64,000 nt of DNA from Octopus sinensis (lineage: Eukaryota), in the NCBI RefSeq assembly GCF_006345805.1, contig NC_043000.1, positions 22,568,001 to 22,632,000 on the forward strand. The letters are read 5' to 3'. A program made the position numbers and the translations under genes. Under the pieces are notes generated by a model. The model was given only the letters and a program-made list of their open reading frames with translations, did no database searches and was not told where the DNA came from. Below, in pieces: positions 48,749-61,808 of this stretch; within the stretch, counting starts at the first letter, position 1, and each line of letters opens with the position of its first letter.

Positions 48749-49205
48749 AACTATAATAGATAATATAAATGTTGACACTTCACTTCATTCAGGAAAAAAC
48801 TGGAAGTTTTATTTGCATGACATTTTATCATTAATATGAAATTACATATTAAATTTACTTTTACAATTACTATTGCTTCCTAAACAGACAAGAAAGTAAT
48901 TCAAGATTTTGCTATTTGTAACTGTGCTGTTATTCTTAATGACAATATCTAAAATGATAATATCAAATTTTCAACAACAGATAATTTTTTACTTGTATTA
49001 CTCAAAGTTTTATGGTGCTTATTAAAAGTGTGAATATTAACTCTTTTGTTACTGGTTCAGTTGAAATGCACTGCCTTTTTTTTTTTCAATTAATTCTGAA
49101 AATAAAGAAAAATTTAGGAAAATAACTTTATCATTTTAGTGCCTTATTATTTAAAACACACACTGGTTTGATTTCCACTCATTTAACCTGGTATTTGGAA
49201 CATGA

Positions 49206-49459
49206 AAAATAATAAATGTGCCCTTTTAAAGCCTAGCCAGGCTCATGGGCCCAGTTTCCTGGTTTCAATGGTGTATGTGTTCCCCAGCTGGATGCCAGTC
49301 CATTGCAGCGTTACTCATTTTTGCCAGCTGTGTGGACTGGAGCAACATTAAATGAAGTGTTTTGCTCAAGAAAACAATGCGTCGCCCGATCCAGGAATTG
49401 AAACCACAATCTTATGATCATGATGCTGACACCCTAACCACTAAGTCACGCGCCTCCAC
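49206..49459 (-). mobile_element. SINE-F nested in MITE-G2
   Basis: 13-bp TSD ATTTGGAACATGA at 49193-49205 and 49460-49472. Confidence 0.88.
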
Positions 49460-49619
49460 ATTTGGAACATGAGTTAACTGGAAACTTTGATGAAATGTTT
49501 TAATTTAGATAACTTCAAAAGAGGATGCTTATATCATAGGACCAAGAATGATCTCAGGCAGGTTGGTATCGAAAGAGTTAGATATATTGGTTCATAACCT
49601 GCATTCTCAATTTGAGGAC

Positions 49620-51365
49620 TAACAACCTGCTTATAGACCCTCTTCAAATTTTTAAGGGTTTTGAGAAAAATTAAGCTAAGCCATGCATTTCTGAAAGTGG
49701 AGTTAACAGAAAGAATGTTTCTCCATGATGTGTCCAAATTCTAAATCTGAAAAATCCTAATAAACTAAAAATGTTGATACCTTACTTCTGAGTAGTTAAC
49801 CAGCTTCTCCAGATGCATATCCCTTAACTTTAATTTTAACGTTGGCAAATAACATCTCAAAATAAAATTTTTTTGAGCAGGTTGGACTTTAAACAGGTCT
49901 AAGTCACAGTATATATCAATGATCAACTCTGTTGCAGCATGATTTAACAATAATGGAAAATTGTCAGTTTTATAAAAATTTCTTTGAGTTGAGGAATGCT
50001 GTAGCTACTTCTCAAAGAATAATTGATAACATAATAACTGTTAATCAATTAAATAAGATATTTGCTCATATTGATGATATGATCATATGTTGAAGAAATT
50101 TAGAGGAACATAAACCAAAATTTAGATAAGTTTAATATTTGGAAGAAAATAAGCGTGTACATATGACATGCAAACTATCCATTTTCTGGGATATAAAATT
50201 TCTTATAGAATTCTAAAGCCAGATCCAGAAAGGTTAGAAGCATTGAGGCACTATCACTCTCTTAAGAATAATAATAATGATAATAATAATAATAATAATA
50301 ATATCATCATCATCACCACCACCACCACTTTAAAGGCTGCTTGTAATGTTCTCATAATATTCCAGGTGGATTCAGATAATGTAAAGCTATTTTCATCAAT
50401 TTCCCATTAACCTTTTAACGGAATCACAAAAATGTGATTTTAATAGCAGCAAGTCTTTGTTCTCAAGGCTACACTTAGAAGAGTTGATGAATCTGAAATA
50501 TTTGTACTTCGAACTGATACCTCCGTGGCGGCAGCAAAATAATTGTCCTATTTATCAAGGACATAACAGCAACATTTTTGCTTACACTGGGAAGCCTTAC
50601 CCACTATTGAAAGTGTCAGAAAGGGATAACATTAATTGCCAAACCTTTTCAACTATTAGCAAATCATGCAGCTATTACTTTTATTTTCAAAACCAGCTTT
50701 CATCAAAGGTTAGAAATAATAAACTGGTATGTTGGCAAATGGAATTGTCTGAATACAATTTTGACATATTATATCACCCTGGAAGAGAAAATGCTGTTGT
50801 TGATGCTTCCTTCAGAATTAGCTTTGCTTCTTCACATTTTTCTCTTTTATAGTTTTATAATTGCCTTTACTATCCTAGCATCCATTGATTTTTATCACTT
50901 TGTGGAATCCAAAAGTTTGCCTTTTAGCATAGATGATGTACAGGTGTGTGCTTGTCTCTTGCTAAGTTTGTGCCTATATTGACTTTTTTTTATCAAAAAT
51001 ATTCCAAGTTACTTTGAGGCTATGAACCATTGGAAAGTAGTATCTATTGACTTTGTGGGGCCGCATGAATCATATGGAAAAAAATAGGTGTTTTAGTTAT
51101 TGTTGATCAGCACTCTAGATTAACATTTTCATACTTGTGTCCAGATATCAGTGCTGCTTCAGCAATTAAATTATTGACTCAGTTATTTGTTTCAATTAGA
51201 AATCCTGCTTGTTTGAACTGTGACCGAGAATCTCAGTCTATAGAAGTTTAAAATTTTTTTTTTATCAATCTTGGGAATACATCATAACCACAATGTTCCA
51301 TATGATACACATGGTAATGGCCAATGCAAGAACATTGTGGAAATTAGCCTTGAAAAAAGCCAATA
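49620..51365 (+). pseudogene. Decayed Ty3/Gypsy pol (RT - RNase H - integrase)
   Basis: Broken frames give FELRNAVATSQRIIDN..AHIDDMII (YxDD region), FLGYKIS..PDPER, FVLRTDTS, WQMELSEYNFDILYHPGRENAVVDA and VIVDQHSR..CPDISAAS (integrase core). No LTRs recognised. Confidence 0.85.
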
Positions 51366-51371
51366 TCTATA

Positions 51372-51674
51372 TGTTGGAACCTTGGTTTACAAACAAATCA
51401 GTTTATGAACAGTTTTTCAAATATAAAACATCTCGGGTGACAATGTTTCGAGTAACAAACATGCAAGCTAGCAACAATAGTTAGTGACAAACTGGGAGTA
51501 TCAACAAGAGAGTACCAGCTGTTGTTTATCTTTCACTCAGTGCATATCCATGCTCTTAATCACCATGCCTTCTCTGGAATTTTCTTATGGGGCAAAATAG
51601 TTTTGGTTTATGAACATTCTGGGTGAGGAACAGCCTTCAGGAATGAATCAAATCCATAAACCAAGGTTCCATTG
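51372..51674. mobile_element. Tigger-like TcMar MITE
   Basis: TA-flanked TIRs TGGAACCTTGGTTTA / TAAACCAAGGTTCCA. Confidence 0.75.
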
Positions 51675-51719
51675 TATATCCATGTGCTAGTTCTTCCAGA
51701 AACCCTACATTCAATGAGA

Positions 51720-52035
51720 TCACAAAGTTGACCTCGGTGGAATTTGAACTCTGAATGTAAAGACAGACGAAATACCACCAAGCATTTCGCCTGGCATACT
51801 AACAATTCTGTCAGCTCACCAATATTTGTTTTAAACACAATATTCTTTATGATTAGATTGACCCCAGTATGCAACTGGTACTTAATTCATTGACCCCAAA
51901 AGGATGAAATGCAAAGTTGGCCTTGGTGGAATTTGAACTCCAAATGTCAAAACAGACGAAATACCACCAAACATTTCGCTTGGCGTACTAACAATTCTGT
52001 CAGTTCACCAATATTTGTTTTAAACATAATATTAA
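51720..52035 (-). mobile_element. Tandemly duplicated SINE-B2 including non-SINE flank
   Basis: Both units end CACCAATATTTGTTTTAAACA(C/T)AATATT. Confidence 0.75.
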
Positions 52036-52964
52036 CCACAGTGCACATATATCTTTGTTGTTAATGTCAACATGGTGCATGTATGTTTATCTCTAATGTT
52101 TTGAATCTGATATCAGCTTTGGTGCAGTTTTATGTATGTATGTATGTGTGTAATCTCAACCACAGTGTACACGTGTTGGCTCCACTGTCAAAAAGAAGAA
52201 GAAACAAAAAATGACAACAGGAATGGTGGAAGACTTGAATTGCTGAATAAAACTTTTTAAAGTATTTCTTGTTTATGTAACACACCTCAAAAACAGAAAC
52301 TATATCTCTTACTCTATATGATTTAGAAAGTGCTTGAAAACATAACCGCTCACACATGTGCAAGTCCACTCCACACACACACACAATGAACTGGAGTTTG
52401 TCACAAATTAACTGAAACTCAGATAACAATTTTTTTTATCTTAATTCTATAAGTTGATCTCATATCTGAAATAAACATAGCAAGGGAAAATATCTCTGTT
52501 TTTATCCATTTTTGTTTTGTATTTTGAACTAGCGAGAATGTTTTTCAATGACTAAATAGCAATATATTTATAGAATACCAATATTACTTATCTTACAATG
52601 ATTGATTTGTAGCTTTTTGAAGAAACAGAATTCACTAGAGATCAAAGAATGATGCCTGAATGCAGTTGATTTTGATTCTCAAATAGATAGAAATTATAGG
52701 TGGTTCATGTGATGTTTTCAGTTAACGAGGTAGTTTCTGTATGGTTGCTTGTCCAGCTAGAAATACCAGCTAAATACCATTCAAATCACACCCACCATCT
52801 TAAAAAAGGAAGAGCATATTGGACTATGTAGTTCAAGAAAGAAAAATGGGCTAGTCATGGTTGGAATGTGTATGATCATAGGTCTTCTCAGTCAGGGCTG
52901 ATTCAGGGTTTAACAACATGAACATCATATGACATTTGAATATATTGAGTGACATAACCAAACA

Positions 52965-54034
52965 TTAACCCTTTCATTACTGTATTTATTTTGAGATGCT
53001 CTGTGTTTCTTTCAATTAATTTTAAATATAACAAAGAATTTAGTCAAATAACTTAGTTATCATTAAGCTAGTGTTAGGAACACACGGTGATATAGAGGAT
53101 CTTCGTTGATGCCTCCACCAAATTTGGAGATGGTCTAACGAATGGGACCTGTGTCTGAATGTGTCAAAGTGCTGTCATCTGCCTGTTGGCTCTTCTCCTG
53201 CAACTCAACTTGATTTTGAGCCAGGTCGTCTGCTGCTGGAGAGGACCGACCAGGTAAAGGACCTGGGTATCTTGGTGGATTCTTCCTTTTCGCCTTCGGC
53301 CCAGTGCGTCCATGCTGCCAACAAAGCACGCGGAGTTCTGTTCTTGATTCGACAGTCATTCGGAATACTCACAGCAGCCATATTCCTACCGCTCTATGTC
53401 ACACTGGTGAGACCCATATTGGAGTATGGGATTCAAGCCTCTTCTCCTTATCTCCTCAAAGACATACAGCATCTCGAAAGAGTCCAGAAGCTGGCTACCC
53501 GCATGGTTCTTGGTCTCAAGCATTTGTCTTATGAAGAAAGGCTGAAGACGCTCAACCTTTATTCTCTAGAAAAACGACGACGCTGTGGTGATCTCATTCT
53601 TGCTCACAACATCATAAGCAGAAAGTGTAACCTCTCGAAAGAGCTGTTCTTCACTCCTACTCCAGAGCGTCGGCTGCGGGGTCACTTCGAAAAGCTCTAT
53701 CTGCGACGATTTCATCTCAATCGAAGGAGAGGGGCTTCTGCGTCCGGGTTGCGGATCCGTGGAATAAGCTGCTGGAGGAGATGGTGAAGACGCCGACGGC
53801 CGCTTGGTTCAAAGTCTCCCTTGACCACAAGTGGCCTAAACTCTTTACATGAACACCACCCTGTACATAACTCCATGTCCCCCTACATGGCCTTGCTTTT
53901 TGCTTTTTGAACCAAAAAATTAACTAACTAACTAACATAAATTTGGAAGATTTTAATTCAGAACTTTTGAAAATAAGACATTTGTACTACAGAGCCAGAG
54001 GCAGTTTCAGCCACGTTGGTATCAAAAGGGCTAA
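52965..54034 (+). mobile_element. MITE-G split by a CR1 insertion
   Basis: Left part 52965-53082, right part 53937-54034. Confidence 0.85.
53083..53936 (+). mobile_element. 5'-truncated CR1-clade LINE (RT C-terminus, 3' UTR, (TAAC)n tail)
   Basis: WDLCLNVSKC, KDLGILVDSSFSP, LYVTLVRPILEYG, LERVQKLATRMV, SYEERLKTLNLYSLEKRR, LRGH; one frameshift near 53735 precedes the RVADPWNKL motif. Confidence 0.92.
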
Positions 54035-54057
54035 GAATTGTTTCTCTATTATATTTT

Positions 54058-54286
54058 TTAACCCTTTCATTACTGTATTTATTTTGAGATGCTCTGCGTT
54101 TCTTTCAATTAATTTTAAATATAACAAAGAATTTAGTAAAATAACTTAGTTATCATTAAGCTAGTGTTAGGAACATAAATTGTGACTAAGGCTTGGCAGA
54201 AGATTTTAATTCAAAACTTATGAAAACAAGACATTTGTACTCAGAGCCAGAGCCAGTTTCAGTCAGGTGGGTGACGAAAGGGTTAA
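54058..54286 (+). mobile_element. piggyBac-like MITE-G
   Basis: TTAA termini; begins 23 bp after the end of the preceding copy. Confidence 0.9.
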
Positions 54287-55249
54287 CAGAAAGAATATTC
54301 CAATGTACTGGAGCTTAGAAGGAGAAATATCTATTATGATAGCTGCAGTGTCAGAAATATTGGTTAGTTCTCAATATGAAAGATTTGCATTTTTTGTAAT
54401 AATATAACCATAGAATTAAAATTATCCATTAAAATTAACATGAAGTAGAATCTAAGACTACAGTAATCATTTAGTATTTAAACTAGCCATAACCAACCCA
54501 AATATTCCACTTGTTTTATGGTCAAACCTGCCAGATCCAGCCTTTCACATCTACCTATAATGTCTTTCTGAAAATAAACAGTGACATCACTGGAATCTCA
54601 AAGCTACAAGATAATGCATGATTAATTTGAAACAATGTGAACAAATAAGCATTACATTTGAGAGTAAGCTGAATGCTAAACTATTAAAGTCATTTCATAG
54701 TTTACACATGTTTGGTTTAAGCCATTTCTAATAGTGTGATTGGTTAATATCAAAACTTAATTTATGCAAAGTTTAAAAAACAAAAATAAATTTCAAATTT
54801 GAAAATTGGTGAACAAGGAATTTCATTTTTATACATCATCATCATCATCATTGTTTAACGTCCACTTTCCATGCTAGTGTGGGTTGGATGATTTGACTGA
54901 GGACTGGCAAACCAGATGGCTGCACCAGGCTCCAGTCTGATCTGGCAGAGTTTCTACAGCTTGATGCCCTTCCTAACGCCAACCACTCCAAGAGTATAGT
55001 GGGTGGTTTTACGTGCCACCGGCACGAGGGCCAGTCAGGCGGTACTGGCAACAGCCATACTCAAATGGTGCTCTTTATGTGCCACCTGCACAGGAGCCAG
55101 TCCAGTGGCACTGGCAACGACCTCACTCGAATGTTTTTTCACGTGCTACCAGCACAAGTGCCAATAAGGTGACGCAGGTAACGATCACGCTAGAATGGTG
55201 GAAGTATTATTGTTGATACTGCTGACTAATATGACTAGAATATTATATA

Positions 55250-55636
55250 CTAGCAGTATCGCTCGGCGTTGCTCGGATCTGTTTCGACCCTTTAGAATTG
55301 GAATTTTTGAAAAGTAAAAATTTTGCATTATGTAGCTTGTTATTCTTTTTAAGTGAACATTTTTCTGGTTGAAATACATTGAAAAACAGCAGTAAAAAAA
55401 ATCGTAAAAAATAGGGATTTTCATAGAAAGAAAGCACCTTTTTGATGTAAATAATTTTTGGTGTTAACATGGTCCGATTTGAATTTTTTCTTCTACAGAA
55501 GGAAGAGCAATCCTTCTTCTATCATACTCTCAATTTTGGTCAACTTGCACCGCAGGGTCTCGGAGGAGATAGTGTTAGTTGAAGGCTACCAATCCTGCCA
55601 TACACAGACAACTTCAGCTTTATATATATGGAGAGA
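55250..55636 (-). mobile_element. Non-autonomous Helitron-like element
   Basis: Minus strand A|TCTCTCCATATATATAAAGC ... CCGAGCAACGCCGAGCGATACTGCTAG|T: TC start, GC-rich subterminal segment (hairpin imperfect here), CTAG end, A|T target. Confidence 0.75.
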
Positions 55637-57764
55637 TTTGATCATCACTGTTGTTGCCATTATTATTATTGTTACCCTCCTCCTCTGCCCTCCCCCTTCC
55701 TCCTCTTCCCTATTGTCATCATTTTATTATGTTTGTTGTTCCATGCTGGCATGAGTTAGATAGGTCTGTCTCTTCTCTTGTGGTTTTCATTCTCTATCAC
55801 ACACAGCCACAAAGAAAAATGATCTGCTTCATTGTTTTGTATAGATTACAGTGTAGACTGAATGTATTTTATCATGTTACCAATTGATCTCTATGGAAGG
55901 GTTAAAGTGCCCCCTCAACCTTCTATTAGTTCATATTTGAAGTTACTGTCCTCCTAAATAGGTAGTCTGCAGTATGGCTTGCAGAATCTATGTTTTGTTC
56001 ATACATTCCATGATTTCTGCAACTGGATATCCTTCGTACCATCAACTACTCTTCTAATTCAAAATAAGTGGAAGTTGGTTTCAGTTTTTTTTTTTCTCAT
56101 TAACTCTGTATTTCAAATGCAAAAAATACAATATTTATTGCTAAATTAAATTGGAAAAAATAAAGTTTGAACTCATTTTTCTAAATGATTTGCATATCTG
56201 CAAACTGTGTACTATAAATAAAACAGAATTATTTTACAATTATTAAAAATAATTCTTGCTTTACTTCGTTCTAATCTTGTAATGGTTCCTCCAATTTCCT
56301 CAGAAAGTTAAATTTAGTAATACCCATTTTGTGTTCTAAAATATTATAAGCAAACTTCAAATTTTAGGGTTTCACTTGATTACAGTAATAAAACTACTCA
56401 GGCTATAAAATTTTGGTATTTTGTTACATTTTCTTCCTAGAAAGTATAATTTTCGTGTTTAGAATATGGTTCGTCGAAACAACATAACCTGCAAGCAAGT
56501 TTTTATTTTATGAGAGAAGACTTCTTATACGATATCACCTGACTCATTTATAGATTCGAGTCATGTTTCTTTTTTTAACCTAATGCATTTTAATTTCTTT
56601 CTTGTATCAAACGGGACAGTCCAAAATACATTTGTAATAAAAGTATTGATTTCTGAAATGCCAACAGTCACGACTCCTCTCATATGGTTAACTTGTTTTG
56701 TGCGTTCATTGCTGCTAAAACTGTTTGTTGAGAATCAAAGAAGAAAAAAAATTAGGTTTGGTAGAAAAACAAAACAAAAAACAATTATGATTTGAAGAGG
56801 ATCAAAGGATCCTGAAAGAAATTCATGTAAGAATGAAAATAAAAAAGAATATCAAATTCTATTTGTTAACCGTTCATATCTCTTCCAAAGCCAGTCACGT
56901 TGTCTCATGGAAACAAAATCCAAGGTAATAAATATTTTGGTGCATCAGTATGAAATCTAGATTCTAAACAAGATTTATGAAAGAAAAATCATCATCATTG
57001 TTCTAACATTTACTTTTCCATGCTTGCATAGGACAGACGTGTGTGCATTGAGGTAGAGTTTTTCTGTATCCAGATACTCTTCCCGTTACTAGACTCCACT
57101 TATTTCCAAGCAAAATAATAATCTCCCAGTCTATCGATGAACAGACAGCCTGGACATGTCTTATACAGAGAATTAGAAAGTAACATCTCTGAATGAGTGA
57201 GCCTTCTGTTTATAAAGATTGTGCAACATGTCAAAGAGGCCAGACATGCTTTTTGGTTGGACTGAAAGCAAAGGACACTATCAAGAAGCCATTGTTTACA
57301 AACCAATGAACACATGGGAAATATGATTTCATAAATATAGACCTGTTGAGGCAAGTGAAATCGAAATCAAATTCGATGATAGGCATCCATGCTAGTGGAG
57401 CGCTAAGAGCACCATCCAAGCATGATCATTGCCAGTGCCGCTGGACTGGCTTCTGTTCAGGTGGCACGTAAAAAACACCATTTGAGCATGGCCGTTGCCA
57501 GTACTGTCTGACTGGCCCTTGTGCCGGTGGCACGTAAAAGCACCCACTACACTCTCGGAGTGGTTGGCATTAGGAAGGGCATCCAGCTGTAGAAACTCTG
57601 CCAGATCAAGATTAGAGCCTAGTGCAGCTATCTAGTTCGCCAGTCCTCAATCAAATCGTCCAACCCATGCTAGCATGGAAAGCGGACGTTAAACGATGAT
57701 GATGATACACATGTGCACATACATGCACATACACACTCACACACACACACACACACACACATAT

Positions 57765-58336
57765 ATCTTTTACTTGCTTCAGTCACTAGAGTGTGGTCAT
57801 ACTGGGGCATTGCCTTGAATTTCACTCAACCAAATTGACCCTGGTACTTATTCTTTTTAAAGCCAGGCACTTATTCTGTCAGTGCCTTTTGCTTAACTGC
57901 TAAGTTATAGAGATGTAAACACACCAACACCAATTGTCAAGCAGTGGTGAGGGCAAACACAAAGACACACACACATGCAAAAACTTCTTTCAGTTTCCGT
58001 CTACCAAATCAACTCACAAGGCTTTGGTTGGCCTGAAGCTAAAGTAGAAGACACTTGCCCAAGATGCCACACAGTGGAAATGAACCTGAAAACATGTGGT
58101 TAGGAAGCAAATTTCTTACCAGTTCACTCAGCTGTAGAAATAAGTTGTGATGTCAATGGTGCCAAGCTGTATTGGTCTTTGCCTTTCCCTTGGATAACAC
58201 TGGTGGCGTGGAGAGGGGAGGCCGTTATGCATGAGCGACTGCTGGTCTTCCATAAACAACCTTGCCTGGACTTGTGCCTGGGAGGGTAACTTTCTAGATG
58301 CAATCCCATGGTCAGTCATGACTGAAGGGGGTCTCA
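57765..58336. mobile_element. SINE-A (-, 57765-58121) abutting the 3' part of SINE-E (+, 58122-58336)
   Basis: Similarity to other copies in the window. Confidence 0.75.
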
Positions 58337-59105
58337 ACAATATGTATGTATGTATGTATGTATGTTTGTATGTCATTATTCAGTTTATTTCAAAATTTCT
58401 TGCCAATAGAGAAAGAATCGGTTTCTGACCTAAATCTAATAAGGTTCCTTCATTGGAATTTCAACATCAACAACAGGGTATTTTTGTTTATTTGTATGTA
58501 TGTATGTATATGTATGTGATGTGAGTGTGTGTATGTTTTTGTCTCCTTGACTTCATATGGAGTAACAGATGTAAATGAGTGTCACCATCATACAAGCAGT
58601 GTCATTAATTTCCAATATCCTGTGGAAACATACCTGACAATAGAGATATATGATCTTGCTTGGAAAGAGGTAAGGGTTAGTGACAGGATGGGCATTCGAC
58701 TAGAAAATCTGCCGCAATAAACTCCATCTGGCCCTTGCAAGTAAGGAAAAGGGGATATTAAAACACAAAAATGGACAATGATAGGAATGATGATGATGAT
58801 GATCTCAAGTTAAAAACAATTATAAAAGAACAATTTGATTGGTAATTATTATTTTGAGCATGAACACATTGCTGTATATTTGTATAGTTTTGGAAGTTTT
58901 ATGGTTGAATTTTCTGACATTAGCCATAACTATGTTGGTGAGAGAAGAAATTACAGTGTGCAAAAATGCTGCCATTTATTGATCTGTTTAACTTTGCTTG
59001 ATTGAGGAAACATGTATTGAATGCTTGATTATTTATTTGGTTTTTTTTATGGTGTTTTATTCACTACTGCATTTATTTATTTTGCAGTTGCTAAGAAACT
59101 TAAAC

Positions 59106-59178
59106 ATGGGACAAGAAATCCAGGTGTTAGTGTTTGTGTTGGTAATACTCCTTTGTGAAGCATGTGAAACGAAACGCT
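59106..59178 (+). CDS. First coding exon (exon 59088-59178): signal peptide MGQEIQVLVFVLVILLCEACETKR
   Basis: TTTATTTTGCAG acceptor, AAACATGG start context, hydrophobic core, T|GTAAGT phase-1 donor matching the next exon. Confidence 0.72.
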
Positions 59179-59511
59179 GTAAGTGAAAAACTTAATAATT
59201 CTCATTTTGCCTCAAACACAAACAGGTTGTCAATCTTTATTTCTTCTCTCTTTGCTCTCTCTTCAGATAAATAACCATACTCCAAATATTTATATCTTCT
59301 GCTTGATTATTCGTAATTAGTTGACACTGTAAATAAAGAGATAATTAGAATTATTGACTTCAGAAAGAGAGAGAGAGAGAAGAAATGAATATAACATGAT
59401 GCAAAAGCTGATATTCATACTTTTCCAGTTAAATTGAAGAATCAAAACAGACTTGATTCATTGAGAGCTCAGATGCCTATTCCTTTGGAATATGGCTCAT
59501 GACTATTTTCT

Positions 59512-59715
59512 TTAACTCTTCAGCATTTCAGTTGGTCATATCCAGCCAAAATATTTTACCTGTTTTATCTTCAAAGTGGTCAGATCTAGCTTTTCACACT
59601 TACCTTACAGTGTCATTTTATAATTAGAATCACATCATTGAAATCTCAAAACCATGAAAAATGCATGATTAATTTAATAGAATTTGATAGAATAATCTGA
59701 ATTCTAAAAGGTTAA
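59512..59715 (-). mobile_element. MITE-H (intronic)
   Basis: TTAA termini; matches the reverse complement of the 7711 copy. Confidence 0.7.
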
Positions 59716-59822
59716 TTCTTCATTCCCACTGGAATTATTTTTGGATTGTTTAAGTTTTTAATTAATTTCCTAACTATTTCTCTTACAGAATTGCAGGTAT
59801 TTTTGTGTGAAATTATCTTCCT

Positions 59823-60050
59823 TTAACCCTTTCATTACTGTATTTAATTTGAGATGCTCTGTGTTTCTTTCAGTTACTTTAAATATAACAAAGAATTTAG
59901 TAAAATAACTTAGTTATCATTAAGCTAGTGTTAGGAACATAAATTGTGACTAAGGTTTGGTGGAAGGTTTTAATTCAGAACTTATGAAAACAAGATATTT
60001 GTACTCAGAGCCAGAGCTGGTTTCAGCCAGGTTGGTAATGAACAGGTTAA
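59823..60050 (+). mobile_element. MITE-G (intronic)
   Basis: TTAA termini. Confidence 0.88.
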
Positions 60051-61180
60051 ATGAGTAACTAAAGTGCTTCATCTGCCCTTGGTCTGTTGGGTGTGTCTGT
60101 GAGGGATCTTCTGGAGGCAGTTCGATGATATGCTAATTAATACATAACTAGGACCCTGGTTGGTAAACCTGGGAACAGTTGTGGCTAAGAAGTGGTTCCA
60201 CACTCCTCAAATATAAATATCAAATATCTTGAATATTTCTTCATCTTCTTCATTATTTAATGTCCATATTCCACCTTGGTATGAGGTGGATGGTTTCGCA
60301 GGATCCATCTAGCCTGATAGCTGTATTGTTTTCTCGTATCTGCTTTGGTAAGGTTCCAACAGAGCTGGATGCCCTTTTTAATGCTGACCACTTTAAAGAG
60401 TGTACTTGGAGCTTTTTTGTGGCATAAAACTCACCCATACTTGTGCCAGTTTTACATGAACACATCCATGTTGGTGCCATGTGTAAAAGCACCCGTGCTG
60501 ATTCCAGATGTAAAAGCACCCGTGCCTGTACCACGTGAAGATCACCTGTGCCAGCACCATTTAAGGAGCATCGGTGCTGGGCCACATAAAGAGCACCCAT
60601 GCCAGGCCACATAGAATCAACCCATACAAATGCCATGTAAAAAGCACCCAGCATAACTCTGTAAAGTGGTTGGCATTAGAAAGGGCATCAAGCCATAGAA
60701 GCCTAGCCAAGTCAGACTGGAACCTGGTACAGCTTGCCAGCTCTGGTCAAACCATCCAACCCATGCCAGCATGAAAAGCAGATGTCAAATAATGATGATT
60801 CTGAACTTTCTATTTAGTTTGATCATTGGTATTTCCTTGACACAGAAATATATCTGTTTCTGGCAGAAACTAACCCTTACACTCTGCAGTAACTTCCAGT
60901 TGTATAATGAGAATGTCGATGTGCTCATATCTTCTTTGATGGTTTAACTATTTTCTTACACTGTTTCTGTTGAAATACCTTGTAAGAAGTACCAGATATT
61001 CAAGAATCAAAGTAGTGCCCCTGTATGGTTGCAGTTCAATGACTGAAACGATTAAAAGAAATTGAGTAAAGTAACTTTGTTCTTAAGTTGGTGTCTAGAG
61101 TAGAAATTTGCATAAAATTTTAATGAAACGTTTTAATTTTGATTCTTTTAAAATTAGATATTTGTATTTTTGAACTAAGT

Positions 61181-61435
61181 GCAGGTGCATGGCTTAGTGG
61201 TTAGGGTGTCAGTATCATGATCGCAAGGTTGTGATTTCAATTCCTGGACTGGGCAATGCATTGTGTTCTTGAGCAAAACACTTCATTTCACATTGCTCCA
61301 GTCCACTCAGCTGGCAAAAGTGAGTAATCCTGCAACAGTAATCCTGCAACAGTAATCCATCCAGGTGGGGGATTTCTATGCCACTGAAACCGGGAAACCA
61401 GCCCTAATGAGCCTGGCATAGCTTGAGAAGGAACA
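61181..61435 (+). mobile_element. SINE-F head with L-type tail (intronic)
   Basis: GGCTTAGTGGTTAGGGTG head, core domain, tail GAAACCGGGAAACCAGCCC..GAGAAGGAAC. Confidence 0.75.
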
Positions 61436-61606
61436 TTTTTTAAATTTTTATTTTTGAACTATGGGTGATCTCAGGTGGGTTAGTATCAAAAGGGTTCAGT
61501 GATGTAAGTTGAAGGGAATCATTATAACCAGAAATTGAAACTGGGTCTTTGAATTGGTTCATGTGGTTCGTAAGCAGGCTACTTACCACACATTCACTCC
61601 CACACC

Positions 61607-61778
61607 TTATTTTCATAAGTTTCATATTAAAATCTTCCACCAAACCTTAGTCAAAATTTATGTTCGTAACACTAGCTTAATGATAACCAAGTTATTTTAC
61701 TAAATTCTTTGTTATATTTAAAATTAATTGAAAGAAACACAGAGCATCTTAGCAGAAATACGGTAACGAAAGGGTTAA
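61607..61778 (-). mobile_element. Partial MITE-G ending 30 nt upstream of a 3' splice site
   Basis: GTAACGAAAGGG-TTAA terminus at 61775-61778. Confidence 0.85.
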
Positions 61779-61808
61779 TCTTGTTTATCACTCATCTTTT
61801 TACTTCAG

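Noticed and set aside
55215-55260. 9-bp inverted copy of the Helitron end just outside the element
   Set aside because: Short, does not extend, plausible by chance or a local repair footprint.
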